A stretch of DNA of 64,000 nt from Chrysemys picta bellii (taxonomy: Eukaryota): the NCBI RefSeq assembly GCF_011386835.1, contig NC_088803.1:42842001-42906000 (forward strand), in the 5' to 3' direction. Below the pieces are notes generated by a model. That model ran no database searches. It was not told where the DNA came from and worked only from the letters and a program-made list of their open reading frames with translations. This document shows positions 22,785 through 36,873 of the stretch, piece after piece. Every line of letters begins with the position of its first letter. Positions within the stretch are counted from its first letter, which is position 1. Both the position numbers and the translations under genes were made by a program.

Positions 22785-23389
22785 ATTAAACAGTGATTAC
22801 CTAGATGAATTGTACCATCTTATATTAAGTGTACTGCCAACAGATGCCTAAACAAGAGCCATGCTGTGTCTGTATTTAACTTTGTCAAACATGGTGAAAA
22901 AAGATGAAAGTACTGAGAAGTAGTTTTCCCTTACTCACTGACCTTATTAGTGTGTATGGCATCAATTGTGGAAGTAGACTCAACTGTTATTTTTGAATAC
23001 AATTAATCCTTCCTGCGGGGATAGTTTTAAACTTGCTCTTACATGTCTAAATTTTCAAAATGTTAGTAACTTGAGTGAATCTTGTTCAATCTGTGTAGAA
23101 TTTCTCCATTACATCTGTGCAAACCTATTAAAGAATTTTTTTTTTAAGAATGGATTGCACAAATTCTCAGCAGAACTTGGCCAGATATTTTAATGAACCT
23201 TTAAGTTGTATTTCAGTTTTGATTCAGGCACGGTGCGGTGAAAGCTCTGGTTTTGTATCTTTTTTTTTTTTAAATTGGCCAAGTGGCCCTCCAGCTCTGA
23301 GCCAGAATTTTGTGCCATAAGAATTTGAACATCCATTTTTAAAAGGTTTAGATGAATTCAACAAATGATGTTTTAGTTCTGATATTAAA
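22785..23389 (+). terminator. Candidate CSTF1 polyadenylation signals
   Basis: ATTAAA at 22785-22790, near 23126 and at 23384-23389; which one is used cannot be determined. Confidence 0.4.
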
Positions 23390-26019
23390 GCTCAGACTTG
23401 AAATCTGGTGCCTGACTTTTATTTGACTTTTTCTTAACTAACTGCTGTAACCTTGAAGCAAATAGAGGCTTGCAAGCTGACCTGAACCTATCAGGCCCAG
23501 AACCTGACTACAAGTGTCAGGTAGCGTGTAATTTGTATAGCATGCATTTGGTCTTTGTTTGATTTTAGGTAGTCTCTTATCACTCAGGGCTTGTATATAT
23601 GAACTAGTTCATGGCATATTGGAGTGTGAATCGGTACACACACAGTTTCACATGCACGCGCCCCCATGCCATAGACTAACTGCATCCTACTAATGAATAC
23701 ATTAACAGTCATTAATATGCTTTGATCTGGTCCAATTTCAAAGACTAGACTAACGCACATTAATGAGCTGCCACCAGGGTGCGCACAGACAGCTAGTCCA
23801 CACCAGGCTCCCAGCCTCCCAAAGTCCATATTGTCATCTGACTCCTAACAAGTCAAGACATGAGTCATTACACATCTCTAATCATAAACTTAATCTTTTA
23901 AGATCCAGAAGCCAGTAAAGGCCCCACTGCATGCCTACCTACTAAATCAGCAGACTGTTTCAGGGCTAGGAGAATAAGATGGACTTTCTATCCGCTCTGT
24001 GAGTCTGTTTAGCAGTAATATCCGTACACCACCACCCTTTCCAACACCATGCTTTTTTCCTTCCCTACAGTGGCAAGATTCCTTAGGGCCCTGATTCATG
24101 TTTTTCTCAAGATTGAGAAGCGCCCTCTCTTGTTCTAACAGGGTTGATGGGTCTCCCCTATACCATGTACCAATGAAGCCTGCCTCTTTAGTAACCATTA
24201 CATCAGCTGAAAAAGTAGGAAAGATGTGGGGGCCCCACATCAGCTGCTCATATATGGCATTTTGTAAGGATAGGGTCACTCTCAAGTTCCTGCCCATATT
24301 TGTTTCAGTATTCTAGTTCATTCAGCTCCCAATTTTTTCCGAAATCTCATTCAACCCCAGGGGAAGTTAAACTTCACAAATGTAATGTAATAAGAGACTC
24401 TGTGCATTAATGGGACAAAAACATTCAAACCACTGATGGTTGCTCTTCCGTCGCTTGTGCTGCTACAGCACTGAAAATGTAGGTAAGCCCTTATATAAAA
24501 GCTTACATGCTAAGAGCTACGTAACACTTCTTGGGAGACATTTTGTACTTCCCTTTAGAGGTCTGGCTTGGGCCAAATTTTGAAGCCAAACATGACCATT
24601 TGGGGCCTTTGCAAAGGTTAAGAAATGGGAACTATCAGAGATTTTTTTAAGTGGGATTTTGACTACATCAGAATGTGTTCTAAGTTAGTGAGGGTTAGAA
24701 TTCATTCCACTAAAGCTTAGGTAGCCTGTTTGTGACTCAAAAATCTGTGGGCAGCAATGTGGAGCTCAATCCAGACCTTTACAAGTCCCTACTCTTTGGC
24801 AGAACCTTCAAAATTGGATGCCCATTTAGTCCTGCAGTCATTGTTTAAATAGGTCTTCTACCTACTTCCAACAAATAGATGACTGTTAGCCACCAAGAGT
24901 GGAATCCATGGGACAGTACAGTCGGGGGGTGGGGGGTTATCCTACAGTAACTGGTTCTTCATGAAGTGTTGTCCACATGAATGCTGGGACTCACCTTCCT
25001 TTCCTGCTTCTACAGCGTCTTATACGAGTGGGATTCTGTATTAGTAAAGGGAATTGAGGAACAGTTGGGGCCCTGTGGGGGGAGGAATGCAGAGTATCTA
25101 GGGCACAGGTGTGGCCCCAATAGACACTGCTGGCCAAATGAATTGGATCTCATTTTTAACAGCACATGCACACCAGAAGTAGAATCCACGTGGACAACAC
25201 AAATCAAAGCACAGTTTAAGTAATTCTACTTTCCTAAGATTTCTGAAAATTTCTGTTCAGCTTGTTTAGTTGGACAGATACTTTTCAAGCATTTTAACTC
25301 AACGCTTTTTATGTGCTGATGCTGCACCTAGTTGACGCCAGTCTGAATGGTTAGACAAAAAATCCAGGTGGCTGGATAGCAGATGAGAGTAAATTATATG
25401 GGAGCGTCATAGTCCACCATTCTTCCTCTTAAAATGTAGAGGAATCCCAGGGGACCGGATGAATCAATTTGTCTTCTGAGATGAGTCAAAGTTGCTTACA
25501 TTTTTCAGTGTCTTTTATACAAAATGTACCTTACAACACACATGGTAGTATTGGTGGTGCCTTATAGGGATGTAAGAGCACAAATTCCCTACCCCACAGA
25601 GTTTACAGGCTATTACAACACCGCTATAATAAATGTTTTGTATTAAATATGAGAAAATTTTCCAAGATATGGAAAATGTGGGATAAAAATCCCTGAATTC
25701 ATAGGATTGTGGCAGTCTGTTATTTCATTAAAGTGCTATGCAAACACTTGTAGTAAACTGTTCTTCCATCAAGCTTCTAAATTAGGAACTACAGGAACAT
25801 GTAGCAAAGCAGAAGGGTGGGTTTTTTGTATCTGTGGTTATTTGCAACAAGTCTGTGACAGATCAAGGAAAACTCTACTTTTCAGACGTTATTCTCGGTT
25901 GTTCGGGGGTTTTGTTTTTGTTTTAATCTTGTCTGCTGTCACAGAAATTGACTTTTATGGGAAACCTTTTGTATAGCTACATGCTTTTAGGACAATAGTT
26001 GTCAGACTTTTTTTTTTTC

Positions 26020-26130
26020 TTGCGAAATGGTTCCTGACACATTGTGACTTTGCAAAACAGCTCTGTATGACACTGGTTATACAGTGATTATTTATAATAT
26101 TGGAAGTGACTCTGCTGGTTAGTGACAGCT
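26020..26130 (+). promoter_or_regulatory. Non-CpG-island CASS4 proximal promoter region
   Basis: TTGCGAAAT (26020-26028) and TTGCAAAA (near 26050) C/EBP-like sites, GGAAGTGA ETS-like site (26102-26109), all just upstream of the ATG. Confidence 0.45.
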
Positions 26131-26166
26131 ATGGATAAAAATACTAGACTCAACACAGCTGCAAAG
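26131..26166 (+). CDS. CASS4: Cas scaffold protein family member 4, coding exon 1
   Basis: ATG...MDKNTRLNTAAK/gtaagt, a 36-nt phase-0 exon like the 12-codon first exon I recall for human CASS4. Confidence 0.8.
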
Positions 26167-27786
26167 GTAAGTTGATGGTTTATGAGAACAGAATTTAATG
26201 ACTTAAAATATTAGGAGCTGAAGTAGGTGATTTTTTTATTTTTATTTTTTTAGTTCAGAATAACTCTTGTAGTATCATACATGTTTTATATCTTTACCAA
26301 CTAATTGTGGAAAGGGAGTTCTTGGTTTGGATGCTAAGGTACCTAATGTTTGCCTGTATTTCTGCTGTTAGAGACCTGAATGTGGCAGTGTCATTGGTGT
26401 CTGAAGAAATTTCGCCTTGGATGGTACTCTGAGTAAAAGGAAACCTAAGAGATTTTATAAGCATTAATTACACTGACAAAAGTTAAGTAAGCCCTAGCTT
26501 CTATCTTGAAGGTACCACCTCTCTTATTACCATCTCATAAAGCTCTTTGATGGTATAATAATGTGCTATTATTAACTAAATACTCAACACATTTGTAAGG
26601 TAGATAAGTTAGTTCCCTATTTTACAGGCAGGATAAAAAATAAGTTAAATTACTGAGGGTTTTTTTTATTAGACTTACAAAATCCGTTTGTAAGCTTTTC
26701 AGGGTAGGGAACTTGTCTATGCGTTTCGTACTCTACCTAGCAAAATGTGGGTCCAACTGCAATATAAATAACTTGCAAAAAGTCACAGTGTGTGTCAGGG
26801 TCAAAGAGAATGCTGGTGTTCTTGGCTCCCAGTGCAATGTTCTTGACCTTGATAATGTAAATATGATTGGGGGGGGGGGGGGGGAAGAGGATTGGAGGTT
26901 GATACCAGAAATATAAGGAAAAGCACCCAATGCGACTTACATGGAACATTTATTGTGTTCAAAGTTTTCTGTCAAGGTCTATTTGAAAAAATTGACATCT
27001 CTTATTCCATGTTAAGTCCATCAGAAGACAATAGGACACATTTTCCTCTCTATTAGTGAGACGAAAACTTGACCCATTTATGTTTTGAAACTCCTATATT
27101 AAGAAGTTCTCTTATACCTCTCTCTTTGGCTCCTAACACTTTTGTTTTCAATTTAGCAAATTTCCAGGTATGATATTTTGGGCACAGATGTCAAAATAGT
27201 TTAGCAGTGGCTGACTGAATTTAGCAGTATCAAGTTGACTTGTAAATCCTGACACTGTCCTTATACAAATATACACATCTTCTGGAGATGAAGTATGGTA
27301 AGAAATCAGGAAACCATTCTGGTGCAAAATGCTAACTGACCTATTGGTTCCTATTATCCCAGCAACTCTGGGGCAATGTCATTTTAATGGCCTTACATCA
27401 TTTTTTTATAATTTACTCTGAGATAGCAACACTTTGGCAAGATGAGTGGGCAAAAAATGAGTCCTTTTATAGCTGCAGCACAGTGGCTGTCAGCTTTAGC
27501 TGTGCAGAAATTCCCATTATGATGAAAACTAAATAGTAGTGTTAACAAGGGTTCCTGAGCACTATTTAATGTGTGAGTGTCGGGGGAGGTAGATTTGCAC
27601 CTATGTCTGACCCTCCTTTTCCCCTCTTAGCCCCCCCTCCCCACCAGCTTCTTGACACTTGCCCTGCCCATGAGCCCCTATGCCCACCCCTCCAATGTGA
27701 CCAAACAATGGTAGGGCCATGGCCTGGGTGCCTCCTCTCCCCCCAGCTCCAGGGTCTATGGTTATTACTGCCACCGCTAACCATTA

Positions 27787-28970
27787 GCAACTTTTGCCCC
27801 CCCCCCCCCCCCCCAGCACCGTTTTGCAGGATAAATTGCTTCTGTAAAGGAATCCAGTGCATTAGCATGCTCAATGGACAGCTTGTTAATTTTTTTGAAT
27901 ATGTATTGAGGGCTGATTATACACCCTGCAGGTGCAGAGTCCTATATGCATATACACAAAGTAAAAAGTGTTGGGCGGGGAGCACAGCATGAGCACAGGG
28001 GCCCGTCCTATATTAATGAGTTCTGGTGGGTGGCTGCCAAGTTGATCCTGTCTAGCAGCAGCATGAAGTGAGAACTAAAAGATGCACATAGCTAAGCTCC
28101 TGTCAGACATACTTAAGTTTACTCTTAAATTTCTCTCTTTAAGAAATGCTCAGTATGTGCGCACGCTTTTTTTAATTGCATACTTGTAAGTAAGTGATCA
28201 AGCTTGCAAAGGAGAACACAGCGTAGTGGTTCTCAAACTTTTGCACTGGTGACCCCTTTCACATAGCAAGCCTCTGAGTGAGACCCCCCTTATAAATTAA
28301 AAACACTTTTTTATATATTTAACACCATTATAAATGCTGGAGGCAAAGCAGGGCTTGGGGTGGACAGCTCACAACCCTCCATGCAACTTTTGCCCCCCCC
28401 CCAGCACCGTTTTGCAGGATAAATTGCTTCTGTAAAGGAATCCAGTGCATTAGCATGCTCAATGGACAGCTTGTTAATTTTTTTGAATATGTATTGAGGG
28501 CTGATTATACACCCTGCAGGTGCAGAGTCCTATATGCATATACACAAAGTAAAAAGTGTTGGGCGGGGAGCACAGCATGAGCACAGGGGCCCGTCCTATA
28601 TTAATGAGTTCTGGTGGGTGGCTGCCAAGTTGATCCTGTCTAGCAGCAGCATGAAGTGAGAACTAAAAGATGCACATAGCTAAGCTCCTGTCAGACATAC
28701 TTAAGTTTACTCTTAAATTTCTCTCTTTAAGAAATGCTCAGTATGTGCGCACGCTTTTTTTAACTGCATACTTGTAAGTAAGTGATCAAGCTTGCAAAGG
28801 AGAACACAGCGTAGTGGTTCTCAAACTTTTGCACTGGTGACCCCTTTCACATAGCAAGCCTCTGAGTGAGACCCCCCTTATAAATTAAAAACACTTTTTT
28901 ATATATTTAACACCATTATAAATGCTGTAGGCAAAGCAGGGCTTGGGGTGGACAGCTCACAACCCTCCAT
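27787..28970. repeat. Near-identical tandem duplication, units 27787-28382 and 28383-28970
   Basis: I found only two substitutions and a C-run difference (18 vs 10); GCAACTT sits at all three junctions. Confidence 0.95.
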
Positions 28971-29020
28971 GCAACTTGTGACCCCCTGAGGGGTCCCGAC
29001 CCCCAGTTTGAGAACCCCTG
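28812..29020. mobile_element. hAT-type MITE (truncated duplicate at 28224-28382)
   Basis: tagtggttctcaaac ... gtttgagaacccctg; same family as 43459-43675. Confidence 0.85.
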
Positions 29021-31099
29021 ACCTAGCACTTAGAATTGTATTTGCATACTCTGACCTTGCAACCACAGCAACCTCGCAGACTCTGCTGTGTGTTGTGCAA
29101 GGATTTTAAGCTATCTTTGTGGTCCCGGAGCCTGGGTTGTCAGCCCCTAGCCAGTCAGCCACCAGCAGCAAGTTAGAATAACCTAACTTACACTACTTGC
29201 CAAGCACTTTAGGTAACGAGAGGCAGATGTGGGTTATGGAATCTGGAGCCATTCTCTCTTTCTCTACCTTACATCACCTGACCCTCTAGTATAGGAGGGA
29301 ACTGAGGAGTAGCGTAGGCCTTGAGCGGGCGATATGCTATTGAAGGTTCCTTCAGCAGAGTCGTCGTCTTGTGGTCAGTTATTACACCTTTAAGGCAGCT
29401 CTGTGGCAACAGATTGCATTGTTGTTCCTAAAATATATTTTAAAAAATTCTATGGTCTATGGTGGTACATTTGTGCAATTTCTCTGAGCTGAATTATCTT
29501 CTTGCACTTTCACAACTGATAATCCCAATGCCTGTCACCTAAAAAGGATCAGAATTTGTTGCAAGTGAGCTTCATTTTACCAGACATTTTGCATGACTAG
29601 AAAAGTTGGTTGGATGTTTCTGCATTACCAAGTCCACTCCAAGTGCAAAAGGTTAAATTTAGAGGAAAAAAATAAAAAAAATCCAACTGTTGCCCCCTAC
29701 AAGACACAGGCACAGTTTTTCATTATAAAAGTGTTTCGGGGAGAAAAAGGGAACATACTCATTGTAGAAAGAGGAAGGAAAATAATGGAGGCAAGATCTC
29801 TTCTGTATAAAGGAACCTTTGAAAATTGTACAAAACACAAGATGTTAAACATGAACTGTTCAGCATTGTTCTCTCAGATTCTCTGCCTTTAAAATATGTG
29901 GTTTTTCTGCAGTGATTCATATAGCTGTAAAGGTCTTGCTGAGCCATGACATTTCTAGTGACCGGAACATGAAAAATTCAAAATCAAAGTATTTTTAAAT
30001 ATAAACTGAGGAGGAAGAAGAACTGATACTGTCTTGGGGAAAAAGCCCCCAAATATACTAATCTGTTTTAGCTTCACTGCAGTGTCCACATGAACCTTCT
30101 TATAGCACTACAACGTCAGAATTCCTATTTTGGTTTCTGCCTTTTCTTCCTGGAGGCTTGACCGAGTGCCATTCCTTCTTTTGCATGGACATAGCTGCAG
30201 GCCATGTAACGTTAGAGAGAATTTACTATGTAATTAGTTCCATTCATTCCCAGTGGCTGTTCACTTCACCCTCGGCAGGGTTCACAGCAAGTCCAGCACT
30301 GGGAGGTGTAGGCTGAAAGTCTAATACCCAGGCTTCGAGCCAAACCTTACCGTACCGTACTTCAGTCTGAGCTGAAGAACTTCACTTGAGAAGGGGAGAG
30401 TGTATTGTGCTCATTTAGGTAATGGAATAATAGAGAAAAGACAAGATGAAAGTTAATGTAAGTACTAAATTATTACCTCTGCTGTATTTTATTTAATGGT
30501 ATCTCATTTTTGTGAGAATGTATATGGAATGTATATCTGCATCTGCTACAATCTCTGTTTAAAGCATGCTCTATTCCTGTTTATTAGTTCCTAACATGAT
30601 ACTTTGTAACATACAATCTTAATTTTTAACATGCAATCCATAGTTATCTGCAAAAACACTACTCTGTTTTATCAAGAAGAGGGGAAACATTTCTGTCTAA
30701 AGAAGTTAGGTTTGACTCAGTCTTCTATAAGTAAAGAATTATACAGTGATATGCTGTACTGGTAAGCAATGTTTATGACAATGGCAGGTTATTAGATGTC
30801 TAATTGGCCATTGTGCCTTCATAATTACCATGGAATTTTTAATGAGTACAAGTGATTGCATCTCATCTTCGTTTTGGATCTCATTCAAAAGAGGGAAGCT
30901 ATACAAATGTATGTGCAGCGTAGTAGAAGATAAATGTATCATTTATGGAACTGTTCAAATACAACCTATGGGCTGATGATTCTCCCCTTGATGTACAAAT
31001 GTTAAGTAATATGAGTCAGAGTTACATTTGTGCAGAGAGGACAAAATACACTAGAATGACTGAACACATCATAAAATCCTGTTCTGCAGTAAAAACAAC

Positions 31100-31260
31100 A
31101 AAGAGTCCTTGTGGCACCTTAGAGATTAACAAATTTATTTGGGCATAAGCTTTCGTGGGCTATCCCACGAAAGCTTATGCCCAAATCAATTTGTTAGTCT
31201 CTAAGGTGCCTCCTCATTGTTTTTGCTGATACAGACTAACACGGCTATGCCTCTGAAACC
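31100..31260. mobile_element. Penelope-like remnant forming a palindrome
   Basis: Same arm sequence as 15682-16191, fused head-to-head. Confidence 0.8.
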
Positions 31261-32914
31261 TGTTCTACAGTAATGACTGAACTGAAAAAGAGCAAAGAGC
31301 CAGTATGATTCCTTTTGTCTTTAGAAAGTTTTGAATACACTCATTTTTTCATGGGAAAACAACACAGTCCCACGCCAGGTTGATCATATATCTGTTATAA
31401 ATGTGTCTTAATATTTTGGTCTGGATTTTCAGCACTGCACACACCAGCTTGCTGTAACAGCATCTAAAGATGTCCAGCTTGAGATCCAGGTTGTAATTTT
31501 CAAAATTGAGCCTCCACATTAGTCGTAGAAAGCTGAACCGCGGATATTAGTCATGAACATTCTTTGCACGTGTTCCTTCCATCCGATTATCTGAAAACAC
31601 TTTGCAAAGATTTATCCTCACAGCAAATCTTGTGAATAGTATTTTGCTCCCACATTTTATAAGTGGGCAACATGAGGCACAGAGAAGTTAAATGTTTGCC
31701 CAAGGTTATATAGCAGCCAAGCTGGGAAGTCATCATTGTCCAGATGACCAGATCTCTGCTTTAAAAAGACTGCACTCCACAGACCACATTTTTCTATTAA
31801 CCTCATGATGCCAGGTGCAATGACTTCTTCTAGCATTAGTTTCCTTTGTGCAGAAAGATAAGAACTGCCCCAAACTGGAAAACTCTGTGTTTGGTTTTTG
31901 TCTAGCAAATAAAGCTGACCTGTGGCAACTGTAGTTTAGGAGGTAATTCCCCCTCATTACCACATAAGTGGCATGCGAACATCATCAGCTTCAACGTGTT
32001 CTAATTATGTTTTCTGCATGTAGGTGGAAGTGTGATTTAGTGATTATGGCTGGTCAAAAAAATTCCATCAGCTTTTGTTTGTTTAAGTGGAAAAGCTAGG
32101 TTTTCAACTTAATGAAAAGGTCCACAAAAAGTACCTGCTTTCCTAAAATTTTGAAATCAGAAAACCAAAGCCTTTGGGGAATTTTAAATAAAAACTTGGG
32201 AATTTAACAATTTTTTTTCTTTTCGTTGACATTTTCTGGTACCTCTGTCAAGGATTAGGGCACTGGGAGCTAGGAGATCTAGCTTCTAGTCCTGATCCTG
32301 CTACTGATTCACTGTGAACAGGCAAAATTAGTCTCTAAGGTGCCACATGTATTCCTCATTGTTTTCTATGAACCTGTTTCCCCAATTTCATTTTATTTTA
32401 TTTGGCTTTCAAATTTAATTCTGACCAAGTTCAGACAGTCACTGTCATCCTATTTTAAATGTCATATGAGCCTGTGGGATAGCATGCAATTGCCATTATG
32501 CTATGAAGGGGAAGAAAATATAACAACAACTAAAATGAAACCTTTGTGATTAGATACATGGCATAAGGTCACTACTGCAAATCAATTTCCTGTAAATCCA
32601 GTGGGCGATAAAGGAAACAATAGATGGGATTAGAGCACTGACTAAATCCCTTTGCTGCTCAGTTTCCAGACTTTTTAACAACTTGAGCTTTTAAAAGGTG
32701 TAGTGCACAGTGGCAGAGAGAGGATGGCTTACTCAGAGGGGCTAAAGTTGGGGGAAAACAAACAGTCCTTAATTTACAAAGTCTCTTTGGATGAAGCAGA
32801 GTAACAAGGTTGTCTTCCAGTTCCTATTGGGTGGCAAAGTTTCCTGGCTGGGCAAAGGACAGAGATCTTTCCTGTGCCTCTTTTCTATATCCCTCCTTTA
32901 ATGATCCTCTAGTC

Positions 32915-33269
32915 CAGTGGCTGGTTCTCAAACAGGGATTCAGGGGGCCCACAAGCAGGTTTCGAAAGGTCCGCCAAGCAGGGCAGGCGTTAGACTCACT
33001 GGGGCCCAGGGCAGAAAGCTGAAGACTCTCTGTGTGGGGCTGAGACCCGCCACCCCGAGCCCAGCCGCTTGGGGCTGAAGCCAAAGCCTGAGCAACTTAG
33101 CTTTGCAGGGCTATCTATGGCATGGGGCCCTGGGCAATTGCCCAACTTGCTACCCCCTGTCACTGGACCTGGGTTTTATATGGTGAAAAATAGTTGTGGC
33201 ACAGGTGGGCCATGGAGTTTTTATAGAATGTTGGGGGGACCTCAGAAAGAAAAAGGTTGAGAACCCCTG
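32915..33269. mobile_element. hAT-type MITE
   Basis: cagtgg...ttctcaaac / gttgagaacccctg; 8-bp TSD ctctagtc / ctccagtc. Confidence 0.85.
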
Positions 33270-33649
33270 CTCCAGTCAATCCTTTTTGTTGCTTACTTTA
33301 GTGATGGGTATGTACAACCCACCTGAAGCTCTCAATATGTCTTGAGATCTAATCTTGGTAATTTCCCCACTAAACATACCTAAAATATTAACAGGCTGCT
33401 TAACCCTCAGTATGGCCAGCAAGCCAACACATTTGGAGTCTTTAGGCCAAGACAATTTTGAGATAGAATGAGGCAAAACATAAATTAATTAAATACATTT
33501 AAAAATGGGGGGGGGGGGGGGGAATTAATGTTTTCAAAAAGTTAAGTGCAGGGAATTTTAAAAATATATTGTATTTTTAAAACTCATTTATTATTTTTGA
33601 TCCCCAACTTCCTAGAAAAATTCGTGGCATGTGAAATTTTAGGGAAATA

Positions 33650-33720
33650 GGGTGAAATTTGACCCTATTGAAGTCAATGGGAGTTTTGCCATTGACTTCA
33701 GTGGAGTCAGGAATTGACCA
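33650..33720. repeat. Ancient palindromic (hairpin-type) repeat
   Basis: Inverted core tgaagtcaatgg ... ccattgacttca. Confidence 0.6.
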
Positions 33721-34426
33721 GTTTTGGGGGAGAAAGGAAGGAATTTGAGGAGGGTTGAAAAATAGATTTATAGTAGGAAGGTAGCTTAACTATGGATCAG
33801 CTACCAACTCCCCATAATACAGTACTGAGGAAACAGGACTCCATGTATAAAGTCTCCTCCAAAAGGTACCACCCATAGAATGGAAGCCAATTTTTTCCAG
33901 TTTGGTAAGATCTTCATCCTTCCAAGAGCTGAGCTGATCCTTCCGGATTTGAAATTTTTAGTTCTTGGGATTGTAAACCTGATGCTTAGATTCGCTGACC
34001 AAAAAACCACTTCATTAATGCAGAGCTAAGGTTGCCTTGTGGTATCTCATGCCCTTCCAGAAGAGTTCAGTAACACTGAAACCACTAAAAAACAGGAAAT
34101 GAACAGTTAATTAGATCCCTAAGTGGTCCTCTAACAGTTAGATAACCCTTTGCATAGAGAATAAAATAGATAGTGTTCCTCTCCATTCCTAGCTCTCAAA
34201 CACTTATTTATATGCAATCCTGAAAAATTTCTATATGCAAAAACATGCGACTTCTGTTTATGGAACAAGTGTTAAATCAAGCCAAATAGTTAATGCTTGC
34301 TACGTTTTTGCTATTTTCTAGTTACATTAACCACAAACAGACCAACAGATGAAATGAAAGCATCTCAGATCATCTGTGGGCCACCAAAAATGTTACACAT
34401 CATCTACACCAAGAATAAACCAAGGA

Positions 34427-34556
34427 GGGAGGGATAGCTCAGTGGTTTGACTATTGGCCTCCTAAACCCAGGGTTGTGAAACTGCTGTGAAAGCAGGGGA
34501 CTGGACTCAATGACTTTTCAAGGTCCCTTCTAGTTCTATGAGATAGGTATATCTCC
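34427..34556 (+). mobile_element. Tortoise PolIII/SINE (tRNA-derived head, CR1-derived tail), internally deleted
   Basis: gggagggatagctcagtggtttga A-box head; ggggactggactcaatgac...ggtcccttctagttctatga tail. Confidence 0.8.
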
Positions 34557-36873
34557 ATATATATATATTAAAAAAAATGGTCAGGCATAGTCAGAATGAA
34601 GGCACATATGTTTAGGGAAACTTCAGACAATTTGAGGATTTTTTTTCTTTTCTTCTGCATGTATTAGTATATTTTAACTGTTGGCAGTCTACAGTTAATT
34701 TAATTTGTCAAGTTAAATTGGCCTAACTTAGACTACTATTTAAAAAGGACTCATCTGGGAACCTCATTCCACATCTCAAAAGGCATGTGGAGATTGTTTA
34801 TTTGTTCAGCTCTTTTCAGAGGTGAATAGATTAACTGGAAACAGTTCAGTAAACATGCCAAGACGTGTCACTGATACATCAACATAATTGTTTTGCAAAC
34901 TATCCACAGCTTTTAATTGTATCTTCTACTTCTGCTCAAATATTTTGTCATATTTTCCTGCACTAAAGAGTACTTTAAAAGTTTTAAAAGACACTCAAAG
35001 TGTGGCTACAACATCTTTTAAGAATGTAAGTCTCAATCTGCAGAAGGAATTCCCATGACTAAAAATCTGTGTTCAGATTTTTTAAATAGCTATTTAAAAA
35101 AAGGCAAACTAAAGACAATAGAAGGAAAAAATCTTTGGAATCATTTTCTTTAGAAATTAAGATTCTGTCAAATGTCTATCATGCTTTTGGATTGTATTAA
35201 ATAATAAAATTAATAATTAATAAGAATTTTCAAATACAACTTTCAGGTGCCCATAAGTGAAATGCAGGCATTTTGAGAACCTTGCTGACTACTGTAACAT
35301 GCAATATTTTGCTAGTGACATTTGCTTATATTTCTACTAGATTTTATTTTCTGTACCATGCTTGTGTCGTTTAGTTCTTGGAGATATTAATTCTATATCA
35401 TGCTGTAAAATAACATTTTTTCTTTATTTATAAATATATGCCATGTTTTTCTATATGTAACTACAGCTACTTGAGGTTAAATAATTGCATTGTCAGCTTT
35501 GTGGACTTTTAACAACATTATTTCCCACTATTTTTCATTAATAAACATACAATTACACAGCAACTTTCATCCTGAAGGATCCCAAAGTGCTTCCCAAATT
35601 CTGTACTGCACGTCCATGAATCATTTCAGGTTGGGGGGTGGAGGTTAGCAGCCAGGCAGAACATGGGACCTATATCTGTGCAAAACTTCACCTTTTCAGA
35701 TTTTGTCTGATCAAGTGCATTATGTGATAAGGAAGAATTTAATTTACCTTTTCAGAAAGGTGAAAGGTTGTGTTGACTGAACTAGGATTCTAACTTGTGT
35801 TGCCAGGGAACTAAAACTGCTGCTTTTAGACAGCTAAACCATCTCCGTTATCAGCCTTTAATGTGACTTTCCTCCCCTCAAACTATGTAATTAACTCATG
35901 TGGTTATAAATAGGGGTTATACATACGTATTCAGAGGAAAATAAGTTCTCAAAGGGAGCTTGGGGATGATGTTCACTTTCTAGGCCTAAATTCGTTCATT
36001 GGCTATCTGAAATTTGCCTCACGCTGGGAGTGATTAACACATCATCTGTTGAGGTACCTTCATGAAGTGTTGTACTTGGTTTCTAATAAATCATGTTCCT
36101 TTATCTTTTTATGGTAGCAGTGGGGTTTATGGGAAAATGTTTGTGTCCTTGCTATATGCCTTTTTAGGGAAGATGGGACCTTTAAAGAAGCAACAAACAA
36201 CACAGAGAAAAATACTTTGATCTCATCTCTGCTGCTTTAGTGTTTATAGTGCATTGAGTATTTCAAGTGTGCATTAAAGAGAAGTATAGAGATCACATAA
36301 AACTACCCAAGAGCTGCATACAGCTGGCCTTGTCAGCATTGTGTGGCTGATGGTGTTAGACAGCCAGTTTCCGGTTCTCTGGTAACAAACAGAAAATGCA
36401 ATTCTCTTTGGCCTCAGAGCAGAACTATCTCTTATCCCAGCAGCCCACAGAGGTCTCAGTGATCGTGGGAATGATTGACTAATAAACACACACACAATCT
36501 TCCGGGAGCATTTCTGCTCAAGTAACAGAAAGGGCCTGTGATAGTGAGTCTTTACACATGTCCCAGGCAAGTGTGAAAGACTATTTGGGGCCTGGTTTTG
36601 AAAAATGAGCTCAAGTTTGGTGCCCCCAATTCTGCACCCACAAATAATCTTGGGGCAAATAACTGCAGATACCGTTGATGACACATCAATATCTAGCAGC
36701 CTGACTGTACTGGCAGATCAGGTAGTCAAATGTTTAAATCTCATAAAATAGGTCTGCAGTTATTTGCAGCCACAAAATTATGCACACAGTTACTGTGGGC
36801 ACAAAATCAGGTACCAGGCTGAGCTCTTTTAAGAGTCAGTGTCTTATTGTAAAGCATCTCGGAACAACTAGAG

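Noticed and set aside
34427-34480. tRNA gene
   Set aside because: A-box head only, no cloverleaf, and it continues into a CR1-derived tail, so it is a SINE.
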